From an uncultured archaeon (GTDB lineage Archaea; Aenigmatarchaeota; Aenigmatarchaeia; CAYQNF01), in the NCBI GenBank assembly GCA_964418905.1, contig CAYQNF010000001.1, positions 1-34,618 on the forward strand: DNA of 34,618 nucleotides, written 5' to 3'. A model generated the notes under the pieces. That model worked only from the letters and a program-made list of their open reading frames with translations, was not told the DNA's origin and did not search any database. A program made the position numbers and the translations under genes. This document shows, one piece after another, positions 25,201-34,618 of this stretch. The number at the start of each line of letters is the position of its first letter. The first letter of the stretch is position 1.

Positions 25201-25497
25201 GAAGGTAGAGCAAAGGAAGGTGGTCTAAGATTAGGAGAAATGGAAAAGGATTGTCTAGTAGGTCACGGAGCATCTCTACTACTCAAAGAAAGATTCGATT
25301 CCGACAAAACAAAATTCCCAATATGTACAGGATGTGGGATGTTAGCAATAGAAGACAAAGTAAAGAATAATACTTATTGTCCAGTATGTAAACATGCGGA
25401 CATAAAAGAAGTAGAAATATCATATGCTTTCAAACTACTTATGGATGAGATGAAGAGTATGTGTATATATCCAAAGACTAAGGTGGAGGATTACTAA
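22234..25497 (+). CDS. rpoB: DNA-directed RNA polymerase subunit B (unsplit)
   Basis: 1087 aa with GDKFASRHGQKGV, the GEMEKDCL..GHGA motif and a C-terminal zinc ribbon (CTGCG...CPVCK). B is a single ORF here, not split into B'/B''. Confidence 0.98.
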   Translation: MNEDVLFETLIKEKGFVSHQLDSFNDFIDNRLQNIVDDIGVIEPDVAELGDFKIKLGKVRVGKPSIREADGSVREILPSEARLRDLTYAAPIFVEMTSVVNGIEENIEELYIGDVPIMIKSKHCGIHGLDEDELVEHGEDPTDPGGYFVINGTERVLVLVEEIASNRLIVEDGKKDKTKGRLNSERSGFIQRHTFEKKMDGPTKVSFASVRRMPVVVLMKALGLDTDKEIMDTIREESIMDDVYAEITGVDVTDKKDALDYIGRFMKVQEEYREQRATQMIDRYLLPHIGQDEKDREVKAKFLGKCMENILVAQETGEFDDIDHYMNKRIKLAGDLIEMLFRSILLGRWGLITRINYNLQKLAKRGKLPSIQTVIESNVVTNQIASSMATGQWIGGRTGVSQRLERSNYVRTVSHLRNVLSPLTKYQEHFEARELHPTHWGRLCAVETPEGPSIGLRKYLSIAAEVTGGADSKENQKIRDMIPANFDHEGYDVYFNGEYLGIVEKPNEVVEKLREKRRKGLVTPEMNVGLFDEDEEVRINTDSGRVRRPVIVVKDGEPRLTEDHVEQLKSGETTWAELTKDDVIEYLDAEEEENMLVALYPEGVEDDHTHLEIHPSLILGVSASSVPFPEHNRNDRVNYGAKMAGQSLGVYTYNYHIRSDTKSNILTYPQKPIVRTTSSPHTGSSDHPAGQNLVIAVMSYEGYNMEDAVVVNKNSIDRGLGRSTFFRTYTTEEKRYPGGQEDRIEVPDEDVKGFKSQEDYALLTEDGLAPPETPMRKNGVIVGKTSPLRFLSSAEEFIAGVRNRRETSVSVRGGERGVVDKVLITESQEGNKMVKSTIRDLRVPEVGDKFASRHGQKGVIGLIADDQDLPFTSQGVVPDVIFNPHAIPSRMTIGQVLEILAGKTGALAGRDIDATAFTGENEDELRETLEKLGFRNDGMEIMYDPKTGKMIKSHILVGVSYYQKLDHMVANKIHSRARGPITLLTKQPTEGRAKEGGLRLGEMEKDCLVGHGASLLLKERFDSDKTKFPICTGCGMLAIEDKVKNNTYCPVCKHADIKEVEISYAFKLLMDEMKSMCIYPKTKVEDY

Positions 25498-28007
25498 TGC
25501 CCGCAAAAATAGGAGAAATTGATTTCAAAGTATTGTCACCAGAAATGATTCAGAGCATTTCCGTAGTTAAAATATCACGTGCTGATCTTTACGACAGAGA
25601 TGGGTATCCTCTAGAGGGAGGAGTTATGGATCCAAGACTTGGTGTTATAGATCCAGGTCTCCGCTGTAGGACTTGTGGTGGAACAGTGGGAGATTGTCCA
25701 GGTCATTTTGGATATCTAGAATTATCAGAACCAGTAGTTCATGTTAGATATGGTAAGTTCTTACACTATCTGTTGAAGATTATTTGTAGAAAATGCGGAC
25801 ACGTTCTTGCTGAAGACAAAGAACTGAAGAAATGGAAGAATCCTATTAGAAGTCTTTCAAGAAAGAACAGAACTAAATGTCCTCATTGTAATGAAAAGAA
25901 TCCAAAAATCAAATTCAACAAACCTACTACTTACAAGGAAGGAAGATCTTTACTAACACCTACAGAGATTAGAGAAAGATTAGAAAGAATATCAGACGAA
26001 GACCTTGAAAAATTGAATATTAGAGGCGGAAGACCAGAATGGTTGATATTAACACTGATGCCAATACCGCCAGCAACTATAAGACCTTCTATTACTCTTG
26101 AGAGTGGTGAGAGATCAGAAGACGATCTTACGCACAAATTAGTTGATGTTATAAGAATTAACAAGAGACTTAGAGAAAATATAGATATAGGAGCTCCAGA
26201 CTTCATTATAGAAGACTTGTGGGAACTTCTACAATACCACATCTCTACATATTTTGATAATGAATTAACAGGTGTTCCTCAAGCACGTCACAGGTCAGGT
26301 CGTGCATTGAAAACGCTTACACAGAGATTGAAAGCAAAGGAAGGGAGGTTCAGAGGAAACTTGGCAGGTAAAAGGGTTAATTTCTCCGGACGTACTGTAG
26401 TATCCCCTGATCCAAATCTAAAACTTAACGAAGTTGGAGTTCCAATGCAAATTGCTACTGATTTAACTATTCCAGAAAAAGTAACTCCGAGAAATAAAGA
26501 ATACTTGCAAGATCTAATAAAGAATGGAGAAGAATGGCCAGGAGTTAATTATGTTCTAAAACCTGACGGAAGAAAGAAGAAGGTTACACAAGAAAATGCT
26601 GCAGAAGTTGCAGAACAGATAGAAAATGGTTGGACAATAGAAAGACATCTTAAAGATGGAGATGTTGTTATATTCAACCGTCAGCCATCTCTTCACAGAA
26701 TGTCTATAATGGCTCACAAGGTAAGAGTTATGCCTTACAGAACATTTAGACTAAATCTATCAGTTGTTACTCCGTACAACGCGGACTTCGATGGTGACGA
26801 AATGAATCTACACGTTCCTCAAACAGAAGAGGCAAGAGCAGAGGCTGAGATGCTGATGGACGTTAAAACACAGATAAGATCTCCAAGATGGGGAGGACCT
26901 ATAATTGGTTGTATTCAGGACCATATCTCTGGAGCATATCTACTTACGAGAAAAGGAACTGAATTTACAAGAGAAGAAGCATACCAGTTATTGATAGATT
27001 CTGGAATTGATAATCTTGAATTGCCTAAAAAGAAAACAATAACAGGAAAAGAATTATTCTCATTGCTACTTCCTGAAGATATTAACTTGAAATACAGGGC
27101 TAGCTGGACTTCTAGCGAGGGCAAGGACGAAGAATCAGAAGTTATTATTGAGAAAGGGCAATTAAAACAGGGAGTTATAGATAAGAGAGGAATAGCTGCC
27201 GAATCAGGAATTCTTCTAGATAGAATAAACAAGGAATACGGAGATGAAAGATCTCAGAAGTTTATTGAGGATATCTCTAACCTTGCTATAGCAGTTCACA
27301 GATTAATTGGATTTTCTGTATCAATATCTGATACTGATCTTAAGGATAATGTTCAAAGCAAAGTTTCAAAGACTCTTGACGAAGCTATAGAGGATTGCGG
27401 CAAATTCATAAAACAATACAGAGATGGTAAACTTGAGAAAATACCGGGACGTTCTATGAAGGAATCTCTTGAAGTTACGATACAGAGGAGACTTGGTGAA
27501 GTTCTTAATGAAGCCGAAGGAATGATTGAAGAAAATATCAAACTTAATACATCATCTATGATGGCTAGGTCCGGAGCTAGAGGATCTATGGTTAATATAA
27601 CCCAGATGTCAGCTTTCGTAGGACAGGAAACTATTCGCGGTGAACGTATGGAGAGAGGTTATCACGAAAGAACGCTTTCAATGTTCAGACCAAACGATCT
27701 AAGTCCAAAAGCTAGAGGTTTCGTAGCTTCTGGTTACAAGAACGGGTTGGAGCCATGGGAGTTCTTCTTCGATGCTGCTAACTCCAGAGAAGGTCTGATG
27801 GATACGTCATTGAAGACAAGACAGTCTGGATACATGGAAAGAAGACTAGTTAATGCTTTACAGGACTTGAAGGTAGAAAGAGATGGAACTGTCAGAGATT
27901 CCTCAGGTAGTATTGTACAGTTCATAGCCGGTGAGGATAATATAGATCCTTACAAGTCAGACGGTGGAAAATTGAATGTTGAAAGAATAGTAGAAAAACA
28001 TGCTTAA
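25497..28007 (+). CDS. rpoA1: DNA-directed RNA polymerase subunit A'
   Basis: 836 aa with zinc motifs (CRTCGG..CPGHFG), the catalytic NADFDGDEMN, and a TAATG overlap with the rpoB stop. Confidence 0.98.
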   Translation: MPAKIGEIDFKVLSPEMIQSISVVKISRADLYDRDGYPLEGGVMDPRLGVIDPGLRCRTCGGTVGDCPGHFGYLELSEPVVHVRYGKFLHYLLKIICRKCGHVLAEDKELKKWKNPIRSLSRKNRTKCPHCNEKNPKIKFNKPTTYKEGRSLLTPTEIRERLERISDEDLEKLNIRGGRPEWLILTLMPIPPATIRPSITLESGERSEDDLTHKLVDVIRINKRLRENIDIGAPDFIIEDLWELLQYHISTYFDNELTGVPQARHRSGRALKTLTQRLKAKEGRFRGNLAGKRVNFSGRTVVSPDPNLKLNEVGVPMQIATDLTIPEKVTPRNKEYLQDLIKNGEEWPGVNYVLKPDGRKKKVTQENAAEVAEQIENGWTIERHLKDGDVVIFNRQPSLHRMSIMAHKVRVMPYRTFRLNLSVVTPYNADFDGDEMNLHVPQTEEARAEAEMLMDVKTQIRSPRWGGPIIGCIQDHISGAYLLTRKGTEFTREEAYQLLIDSGIDNLELPKKKTITGKELFSLLLPEDINLKYRASWTSSEGKDEESEVIIEKGQLKQGVIDKRGIAAESGILLDRINKEYGDERSQKFIEDISNLAIAVHRLIGFSVSISDTDLKDNVQSKVSKTLDEAIEDCGKFIKQYRDGKLEKIPGRSMKESLEVTIQRRLGEVLNEAEGMIEENIKLNTSSMMARSGARGSMVNITQMSAFVGQETIRGERMERGYHERTLSMFRPNDLSPKARGFVASGYKNGLEPWEFFFDAANSREGLMDTSLKTRQSGYMERRLVNALQDLKVERDGTVRDSSGSIVQFIAGEDNIDPYKSDGGKLNVERIVEKHA

Positions 28008-28016
28008 GGTGAAAAA

Positions 28017-29159
28017 ATGTCAGAAGAAATGTTTATTCCAGGAACAATAAAAGAAGATTTTGAGAAAGCTTGTAAGAAAAATAATGTGAGCGGAAAAAAG
28101 AAAGACGAGATTTGGGAAAAGGTCCTGGAACAATACAGGAAAGATAATTACGAAGAAGGTGAAGCTGTAGGAGTAGTATCGGCTCAATCCATAGCAGAAC
28201 CTGCTACTCAGATGACGATGCGTACGTACCACTTTGCTGGTTCAGCGGGTGTGCAGGTCACTCTAGGTCTACCTAGAATAATAGAGATCGTAGATGCTAG
28301 AAAGAATCCAAAAACTCCGAGCATGACAATTTACATGGATGATGATCATAATAGTGAAAAAGCGGCTAGTGAGATAGCCAGAAAGGATATTAAAGAAACT
28401 AAGCTTGAGGATATAACAGTTGAAGAAACTATAGACTTAGTTAATATGCAAGTAAAATTCAGATTAGATGAAGATAAAATGAAGAGAAGAGATATAGAAA
28501 GAGATGATGTTCAATATAGAGTAGAGACAATGGGAAGAGGAAAAACAGTAAATGCTAAAACTGTTCTAAGAGGAAGCGTTCTTAGCGTACAGCCAACAGA
28601 TGAAGATTATTCTATTAAAGATCTGCAAAAAATAAGATTCAAAGCTAGGGATGTTAAACTTAGCGGTATAAAGGGCGTAGAGCATACAATAGTTAGAAAA
28701 GAACAAGACGATTATATAATTTATACTATTGGTACAGGACTAAGACAAGCCCTGCACGTAGACGGCGTTGATGATACAAGATCAATATCAAACCATTTAC
28801 ATGAAGTTGAGTCAGTTCTCGGTATTGAAGCAGCTAGAGAGCTTATAGTCAGAGAGACTGATGAGACACTAAAAGATCAGGGGCTTGATGTAGATATAAG
28901 ACATATAATGCTTGTAGCAGATATCATGTGCTTTACAGGATCGGTTAGGGCCATAGGAAGATATGGTATAGCCGGTGAAAAGAACTCTGTATTAGCAAGA
29001 GCTTCTTTCGAAGAAACTGTAAAACATCTGATAAATGCTTCTATAAAAGGAGAAAAAGACACTCTTGACGGTATTGTAGAGAATATCATGATAGGGCAGG
29101 TAAGTCCTGCAGGAACGGGCTCAGTTAAACTTACAACTAAACTAGGAAAAAAGAAGTGA
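28017..29159 (+). CDS. rpoA2: DNA-directed RNA polymerase subunit A''
   Basis: 380 aa with [28 protein letters not shown] (trigger-loop region) in the expected position after A'. Confidence 0.97.
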   Translation: MSEEMFIPGTIKEDFEKACKKNNVSGKKKDEIWEKVLEQYRKDNYEEGEAVGVVSAQSIAEPATQMTMRTYHFAGSAGVQVTLGLPRIIEIVDARKNPKTPSMTIYMDDDHNSEKAASEIARKDIKETKLEDITVEETIDLVNMQVKFRLDEDKMKRRDIERDDVQYRVETMGRGKTVNAKTVLRGSVLSVQPTDEDYSIKDLQKIRFKARDVKLSGIKGVEHTIVRKEQDDYIIYTIGTGLRQALHVDGVDDTRSISNHLHEVESVLGIEAARELIVRETDETLKDQGLDVDIRHIMLVADIMCFTGSVRAIGRYGIAGEKNSVLARASFEETVKHLINASIKGEKDTLDGIVENIMIGQVSPAGTGSVKLTTKLGKKK

Positions 29160-29164
29160 TTTGA

Positions 29165-29425
29165 ATGGACGATGTAGTACAGCTAGTAAGAAACGAAAGA
29201 GGGAATTTAGTGTTAGGCTTCAAAAGCGTAATGAAGCAGGCAAAGGCTGGAAATTTAAAAAATATAGTTGTTTCAACCAGTGTAACAGAAGACATGTTGG
29301 AAAAACTTGAAAAGAGAGCAGAAGAAAGTAATATCGAAATTCTGAATTACGAAGACACGAGTTCTAAGCTTGGAACTTTATGTGGTAGAGCTCACACGGT
29401 TGCTGTTTTAGGACTTACGAAGTGA
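29165..29425 (+). CDS. rpl30e: 50S ribosomal protein L30e (eL30)
   Basis: 86 aa, L7Ae/L30e-like (GFKSVMKQAKAGNLKNIVVS...LGTLCGRAHTVAVLG), in the conserved slot between rpoA'' and nusA. Confidence 0.85.
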   Translation: MDDVVQLVRNERGNLVLGFKSVMKQAKAGNLKNIVVSTSVTEDMLEKLEKRAEESNIEILNYEDTSSKLGTLCGRAHTVAVLGLTK

Positions 29426-29430
29426 TATAG

Positions 29431-29841
29431 ATGCAGACAAAAAAGATTTTCAACGCACAAGACATGCAAACAATCTCCTTTTTTGAGAAGAAGACCTCTA
29501 CTCAAGTTGAAGATTGTATAGTAGATGATGATGCCGCATATTTTTTGGTTGATGATATCTCCAAAGCCCTTAGAAATAATGGGTCTAAGATAAAGCATAT
29601 GCAAAGACATCTAAAGAAAAGAATCAAGGTTATAGAATACTCAGAAGAAATTAAAAAGCAGATCAAAAATATGTTCCCTAACGCAAAAGAAGTAAAAGTT
29701 GACAAAAGTAAGGGGAAAGTAGAGATCAATATACCAAGAAAATTCAAAGCGCGTGCTATAGGAAAAAATGGAAGCAATATAAAGAAAATGAGAGTGCTTT
29801 TGAAGAGAAATCATGGTATTGAAGAGATAAACATACGGTAA
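29431..29841 (+). CDS. nusA: archaeal NusA-like KH-domain transcription termination/antitermination protein
   Basis: 136 aa with two KH-like segments (GxxG: RNNGSKIKHM, AIGKNGSNIKKM) in the conserved position. Confidence 0.85.
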   Translation: MQTKKIFNAQDMQTISFFEKKTSTQVEDCIVDDDAAYFLVDDISKALRNNGSKIKHMQRHLKKRIKVIEYSEEIKKQIKNMFPNAKEVKVDKSKGKVEINIPRKFKARAIGKNGSNIKKMRVLLKRNHGIEEINIR

Positions 29842-29885
29842 GTTTAAATTTATAAACGTTGAAGGTTAAAAATCAGAGTGATACT

Positions 29886-30311
29886 ATGCCAGGAAAATAC
29901 GCAGCAAGAAAACTGAAGAAAGATAGACAAAGGTACAGATGGAAAGAGCATAAATATAGAACTAGAGAGCTCGATCTTATCAAGAAGAAGGACCCTGCAG
30001 AGGGAGCACCTCAAGCTAGAGGTATCGTTCTCGAGAAAAGGGTAATAGAACAGAAGCAGCCTTCTTCAGGTTTGATCAAATGTGTTAGAGTTCAGCTTAC
30101 TAAAAACGGTAAGCAAGTTACAGCTTTCGTTCCGAAAGATGGTTCTATTAATCATATTAATGAACACGATGAAGTTCTTATTGAAGGCATGGGTGGATCA
30201 CAGCGTGGTTCAGTAGGTTCCATGTGGGGCGTTAAGTGGAAAGTTATCAAAGTTAACGGAGTTTCCCTTGATGCTATCATAAAAGGTAAGAAACAATCAA
30301 GATCTAGATAA
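29886..30311 (+). CDS. rps12: 30S ribosomal protein S12 (uS12)
   Basis: [10 protein letters not shown]...[10 protein letters not shown]...[14 protein letters not shown]. Start set to ATG 29886; the ORF track starts at TTG 29859. Confidence 0.95.
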   Translation: MPGKYAARKLKKDRQRYRWKEHKYRTRELDLIKKKDPAEGAPQARGIVLEKRVIEQKQPSSGLIKCVRVQLTKNGKQVTAFVPKDGSINHINEHDEVLIEGMGGSQRGSVGSMWGVKWKVIKVNGVSLDAIIKGKKQSRSR

Positions 30312-30322
30312 AGTGGTTAAAA

Positions 30323-30970
30323 ATGGCAGAAGAAAATCAGACTCAACAAAAGGAAGAAACTGTTTTGGATAGAAGTAATATTCTACTTTTTAATAGATGG
30401 AGTTCTGATGTAGAAATAAGAGATAGAGGATTACACGGTTACATAAATCTAGAGCCTGTTATTTTGCCTAAGTCATATGGACGTCATTATGGAAAGGCTA
30501 TTCACAAGAATAAAATGCACATAGTAGAAAGATTAGCAAATCACATGTACGTTCCTGGCCACAGAGGTAAGGTTCATAGAATAACATCAGGACACTGTGC
30601 AGGAAAATATGAAAATGTTATGAGTATTGTTAAAGAAGCATTAGAAATTATTGAAAATAAACTTGATAAAAATCCTATCGAAGTTCTTGTTCGTGCTATT
30701 GAAAATGCAGCACTTAGAGAAGAAGTTACTTCTTACCAGCTCGGAGGTATTATAGCAAGAAAAGCAGTTATTGCCTCTCCTCAAAGAAGAGTTGATTTAG
30801 TTTTACGTTATATTGCTCAAGGTTCATTTAGAAAATCTCATAAAAGCAAAAGAAGCGCAGCACAGGCTTTGGCTAACGAATTAGTAGCAGCATACAACAA
30901 TGATGCTCAAAGTTCAAATGCTATTTCTGAAAAAGAAAGAATAGAAAGAGAAGCAGCAGGCGCTAGATAA
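30323..30970 (+). CDS. rps7: 30S ribosomal protein S7 (uS7)
   Basis: 215 aa with a C-terminal EKERIEREAAGAR-type tail, in the conserved position after S12. Confidence 0.95.
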   Translation: MAEENQTQQKEETVLDRSNILLFNRWSSDVEIRDRGLHGYINLEPVILPKSYGRHYGKAIHKNKMHIVERLANHMYVPGHRGKVHRITSGHCAGKYENVMSIVKEALEIIENKLDKNPIEVLVRAIENAALREEVTSYQLGGIIARKAVIASPQRRVDLVLRYIAQGSFRKSHKSKRSAAQALANELVAAYNNDAQSSNAISEKERIEREAAGAR

Positions 30971-30994
30971 AATTAAAATTCTGGAGTGTTGATA

Positions 30995-33172
30995 ATGGCA
31001 AAAGATTTAACTGGTAAGGTAAAGGAATTGGTAAAAAATCCTAAGAGAATTAGAAATATTGGTATAGTTGCTCACATAGACCATGGTAAAACTACTCTTA
31101 CTGACAATCTTGTTGCTAGAGCAGGTATGATTTCTGAAGAGCTTGCTGGTAAAGTTGTATGGACAGACTTTGATGAACAAGAGCAAGAAAGAGGAATTAC
31201 TATTTTCTCTTCAAACGTTTCAATGGTACACGAATTCAAAGAAGATGATTATTTAATTAACTTAATAGATACGCCAGGTCACGTTGACTTTGGTGGCGAC
31301 GTTACTCGTGCTATGCGTGCGGTTGACGGTGTAATTTTACTTGTTGACGCCGTTGAGGGTATAATGCCTCAATCCGAGACTGTACTTAGACAGGCTCTTA
31401 AAGAAAGAGTAAGACCAGTACTTTTTATTAACAAAGTAGATCGTTTAATCCGTGAGCTTAAAGCTACACCTGAACAAATGCAAGAAAAATTCATGAAGAT
31501 CATTGCTCAAGTGAATGGACTTATTTCCAAATACGCAGAAAAACAATACAAGGAAAAATGGAAGGTAAAAGTAGATGATGGTTCAGTTGCTTTCGGTTCC
31601 GGTTACAGAAACTGGGCAATGAGCTTCCCGTACATGAAGAGAACAGGTGTTAGTTTCGAAGATGTTATTAATCTTACAAACGATGACAAAGAAAAGGAAT
31701 TAGCCAAGAAAGCTGACGTAGCTGACGTACTTTTAGACATGGTAGTAAGACATTTACCGGATCCTAAGGTAGCTCAGGAATATAGAATACCAAAGATATG
31801 GCCAGGTGACAAAGAGGCAGAAATATCAAAACACATGGTTTCTTGTGATCCAGAAGGTCCTTTGGCCGGTGTTATAACTAAAGTTTATCCAGATCCTCAC
31901 GTAGGATTTATCGCATCTGCTAGATTATTCTCTGGCGTTATTAAGAATGGTCAGGATGTTAAATTGGCAGGTCAAGGTAAAACTCAAAGATTACAGCAAC
32001 TTGGACTTTACAAGGGTAATCAAAGAATAAAAATGGATTCAGTTCCAGCAGGTAACATCGTTGCTCTTGTTGGTTTAGGAGATGCTTTCTCAGGAGAGAC
32101 AATATGCGCTCCTTCAGTTGATATGACATCTTTCGAAGATATTAAGCATATATTCGAGCCAGTTGTTACGAAATCAATTGAGCCTAAAAATACTAAAGAT
32201 CTTACAAAGTTCATAGAATTTTTAAGACAGGTAAACAGAGAGGATCCAACTCTAGAGGTTAACATAAACCAAGAAACTGGAGAATATCTTGTAAAAGGTT
32301 TAGGAGAACTTCACATTGAAGCTAAAATTGAACGTAAGTTAAAGGAAAAGGAGATAGATATAGATGCATCTCCTCCTATTGTAGTTTATAGAGAATCTGT
32401 TAAGAAGAAAAGCCCTGAGATAGAAGGAAAATCTCCTAACAAGCACAACAGATTCATATTCTCAGTAGAACCAATGAATGAAAATCTGCATAAGGCTATG
32501 GTAGATGGTCACATTGGAGACGTTGATGTTAAAAAGAAAGATAAGGATTTAGCTCAAAAGTTAGAAGAGTATGGAATGGATTATGAAGACGCTAAGAGCG
32601 TTAAAATGATTTATGAAAAGAATATTCTTTTGGATGACACAAAAGGTATACAATACCTTAACGAAGCGATGGAGCTTGTTAAAGACGGATTCAAAGATGT
32701 TATGAATGAAGGTCCTCTTGCAAAAGAGCCATGCGCGGGTGTTGTAGTAAGACTTACTGACGCATCCCTTCACGAGGATGCTATACACAGGGGTCCAGCT
32801 CAAGTTCTTCCTGCTGTACGTGGCGCTATCAAGAATGCCATGATGCACGGAGAAGCAATCTTCTGGGAACCTAGACAGGTTATTAGAATAGACTCTCCTA
32901 CGGATCAAATGGGTGGGGCACTGTCTGAGGTACAGAACAGAAGAGGGCAGGTAGAAGAAATGGAAGAAGAAGATGGAACTACTGTGATAAAGGCTAATAT
33001 TCCAATTGCCGAAGCTTTCGGATTTGACGGAGCATTGAAGTCGGCAACTGGAGGTAAAGGTTTCTACTCACTTATTGATGTAAAATTCGAGACATTACCG
33101 TCTGATTTGCATCAAGTAGTGTTAAAACAGGTTAGAGATAGAAAGGGTCTTAAAGAAGCATCCGCCGAATGA
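30995..33172 (+). CDS. fusA: translation elongation factor aEF-2
   Basis: AHIDHGKTTL, DTPGHVDF, NKVDR and the diphthamide-acceptor loop HEDAIHRGPAQ. Start is ATG 30995 after GGAG; the ORF track starts at GTG 30986. Confidence 0.97.
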   Translation: MAKDLTGKVKELVKNPKRIRNIGIVAHIDHGKTTLTDNLVARAGMISEELAGKVVWTDFDEQEQERGITIFSSNVSMVHEFKEDDYLINLIDTPGHVDFGGDVTRAMRAVDGVILLVDAVEGIMPQSETVLRQALKERVRPVLFINKVDRLIRELKATPEQMQEKFMKIIAQVNGLISKYAEKQYKEKWKVKVDDGSVAFGSGYRNWAMSFPYMKRTGVSFEDVINLTNDDKEKELAKKADVADVLLDMVVRHLPDPKVAQEYRIPKIWPGDKEAEISKHMVSCDPEGPLAGVITKVYPDPHVGFIASARLFSGVIKNGQDVKLAGQGKTQRLQQLGLYKGNQRIKMDSVPAGNIVALVGLGDAFSGETICAPSVDMTSFEDIKHIFEPVVTKSIEPKNTKDLTKFIEFLRQVNREDPTLEVNINQETGEYLVKGLGELHIEAKIERKLKEKEIDIDASPPIVVYRESVKKKSPEIEGKSPNKHNRFIFSVEPMNENLHKAMVDGHIGDVDVKKKDKDLAQKLEEYGMDYEDAKSVKMIYEKNILLDDTKGIQYLNEAMELVKDGFKDVMNEGPLAKEPCAGVVVRLTDASLHEDAIHRGPAQVLPAVRGAIKNAMMHGEAIFWEPRQVIRIDSPTDQMGGALSEVQNRRGQVEEMEEEDGTTVIKANIPIAEAFGFDGALKSATGGKGFYSLIDVKFETLPSDLHQVVLKQVRDRKGLKEASAE

Positions 33173-33180
33173 TAAGAACA

Positions 33181-33199
33181 TTTATATACTTTAAATAAA
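33181..33199 (+). promoter_or_regulatory. TATA-like element upstream of tuf
   Basis: TTTATATACTTTAAATAAA lies about 100 nt upstream of ATG 33301, which would give a roughly 80-nt leader containing the 33231..33248 hairpin and GGAGGT. Confidence 0.35.
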
Positions 33200-33300
33200 T
33201 ACATTATAAATCATGGTGGGGCTAGACCTTGCTTTATGCTAATAAAGCCCTATTAAACGGGTTTAACTAACCAATGATAAAAACTTGGAGGTAATTGATA

Positions 33301-34572
33301 ATGGCAGATAAACCACACATTAATTTGGTAGTAATTGGTCACGTAGACCACGGTAAGTCTACTATGGTAGGTAGACTGATGTATGATACTGGCTCAATTT
33401 CAGAAGAACAAATGAGAAAATTGAAAGAAGAAGCAACAGAAAAGAAGAAAGAATCTTTCGAATTCGCTTTCTTCATGGATAGATTGAAGGAAGAAAGAGA
33501 AAGAGGTGTTACAATAGATATTGCACACCAGAGATTCGATACTGATAAATATTTCTTTACAGTTATCGACGCTCCGGGCCACAGAGACTTCGTAAAGAAC
33601 ATGATTACGGGAACGTCTCAGGCTGACGCAGCTATACTAGTTGTATCAGGAAAGGATGGTCCTCAGGAGCAGACAAAAGAACACGCATACCTATCTAAGG
33701 TATTGGGTGTTGGTCAACTAATTGTTGCAGTTAATAAGATGGACGAGGTTGACTTCGACGAAGCAAAATACAACGAAACAAAAGAGGCTACAACAAAGCT
33801 TCTGAAAGGAATCGGTTACAACACTGATGACATTGCTTTCGTACCAACATCTGGTTTCAAAGGCGACAACGTTGCTGACAAATCAGAAAACACATCTTGG
33901 TATGATGGCCCTACAATCATAGATGCTTTGGACAATCTAGATGCACCAGAACAGCCTGTGGATCTACCGCTAAGAGTTCCAATACAAGACGCATACACAA
34001 TATCAGGAATCGGAACTGTACCAGTAGGTAGAGTAGAAACAGGAATTCTAAAGAAGGGAACTAATGTAGTATTTAGACCTTCTGGATCTGGAGGAGAAGT
34101 CAAAACCATCGAAATGCACCACGAAGAAGTTAGCGAGGCAAACCCTGGCGACAACGTTGGTTTCAGCGTTAGAGGTGTAGGAAAGAACGATGTTAGAAAA
34201 GGAGACGTATGCGGTCCAGCAGACAACCCTCCTACTGTAGCAGAAGAATTTACTGCACAGATAATCGTTTTGAACCACCCATCTGTTATGACAAAGGGAT
34301 ACACGCCTGTATTCCACGCGCACACATCCCAAACAGCATGTACAATAACTGAAATTCTAGAAAAAATAAATCCTAAGACAGGAGAAGTTCTAGAAAAGAA
34401 CCCAGACATGTTGAAGACTGGGGATGCAGCTAAGGTTAAAGTTAAACCAACAAAACCTTTGGCTATAGAGGCAAACACAGATTTCCCAGAACTATCTCGT
34501 TTCGCGATCAGAGATATGGGACAAACAGTAGCAGCTGGTGTATGTCTTAGCGTAGACAAGAAAGCAGAATAA
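33301..34572 (+). CDS. tuf: translation elongation factor aEF-1 alpha
   Basis: [17 protein letters not shown] and NKMD. Start is ATG 33301 after GGAGGT; the ORF track starts at TTG 33295. Confidence 0.98.
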   Translation: MADKPHINLVVIGHVDHGKSTMVGRLMYDTGSISEEQMRKLKEEATEKKKESFEFAFFMDRLKEERERGVTIDIAHQRFDTDKYFFTVIDAPGHRDFVKNMITGTSQADAAILVVSGKDGPQEQTKEHAYLSKVLGVGQLIVAVNKMDEVDFDEAKYNETKEATTKLLKGIGYNTDDIAFVPTSGFKGDNVADKSENTSWYDGPTIIDALDNLDAPEQPVDLPLRVPIQDAYTISGIGTVPVGRVETGILKKGTNVVFRPSGSGGEVKTIEMHHEEVSEANPGDNVGFSVRGVGKNDVRKGDVCGPADNPPTVAEEFTAQIIVLNHPSVMTKGYTPVFHAHTSQTACTITEILEKINPKTGEVLEKNPDMLKTGDAAKVKVKPTKPLAIEANTDFPELSRFAIRDMGQTVAAGVCLSVDKKAE

Positions 34573-34579
34573 ATTTCGT

Positions 34580-34618
34580 GGTAGCAATTCGCTACCCTCT
34601 CCTTCTTTTTTTATTTTT
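34580..34618 (+). terminator. hairpin plus oligo-T tract downstream of tuf
   Basis: GGTAGC-AATTC-GCTACC (34580..34596) is followed by CTTCTTTTTTTATTTTT, running to the window end. Confidence 0.55.

Noticed and set aside
33816-34559. 247-aa ORF antisense to aEF-1 alpha, plus a nested 94-aa ORF at 34048..34332
   Set aside because: It lies wholly inside a highly conserved, confidently assigned gene. The product is low-complexity and Ser/Pro/Thr-rich with no recognisable family. Long antisense ORFs are a common codon-bias artefact in EF-Tu/EF-1 alpha genes.
1-34618. CRISPR arrays, IS elements, an alternative genetic code or frameshifted pseudogenes
   Set aside because: I saw no regularly spaced repeats. 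All conserved genes read through intact under the standard code, with no in-frame stops and no truncated conserved domains.

Overview
This is a visibly AT-rich, very gene-dense archaeal chromosomal segment. Many adjacent genes overlap and all four convergent gene pairs share or overlap stop codons. Most of it is conserved information-processing genes. The first block is a UDP-GlcNAc cluster (glmS plus a split GlmU). The next holds TBP, MCM, an OB-fold/winged-helix protein, aIF2-beta and DUF424. RFC small and large subunits, Fap7 and eL40 follow. The window ends with the canonical archaeal cluster rpoB, rpoA', rpoA'', eL30, NusA, uS12, uS7, aEF-2 and aEF-1alpha. RNA genes are an orphan 5S rRNA and five tRNAs (Thr-GGT, Pro-TGG, Tyr-GTA, Asp-GTC, Lys-TTT). 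Three of the tRNAs carry introns, one at a non-canonical site inside the anticodon stem, and all five encode their 3' CCA. Accessory content is a MinD-type ATPase flanked by small membrane proteins, a pilin-like protein, and a tRNA-punctuated block of predicted surface proteins (CARDB, NEW3-like, a 911-aa orphan). I saw no CRISPR array, transposase or integrase. Compaction, intron-rich tRNAs, an unlinked 5S and large orphan surface proteins fit a small-genome (DPANN-like) archaeon, but that placement is inference only. The best candidates for new biology are three. (1) A translationally coupled class I glutamine amidotransferase and diphthine-ammonia-ligase-family PP-loop ATPase, possibly a two-subunit glutamine-dependent amidotransferase. 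(2) A 384-aa tandem-domain dCTP-deaminase-like protein whose catalytic motifs are split between its halves. (3) The surface-protein block at 15737..21551. Several ORF-track N-termini were trimmed because the caller started at an upstream TTG/GTG or ran across a tRNA gene.
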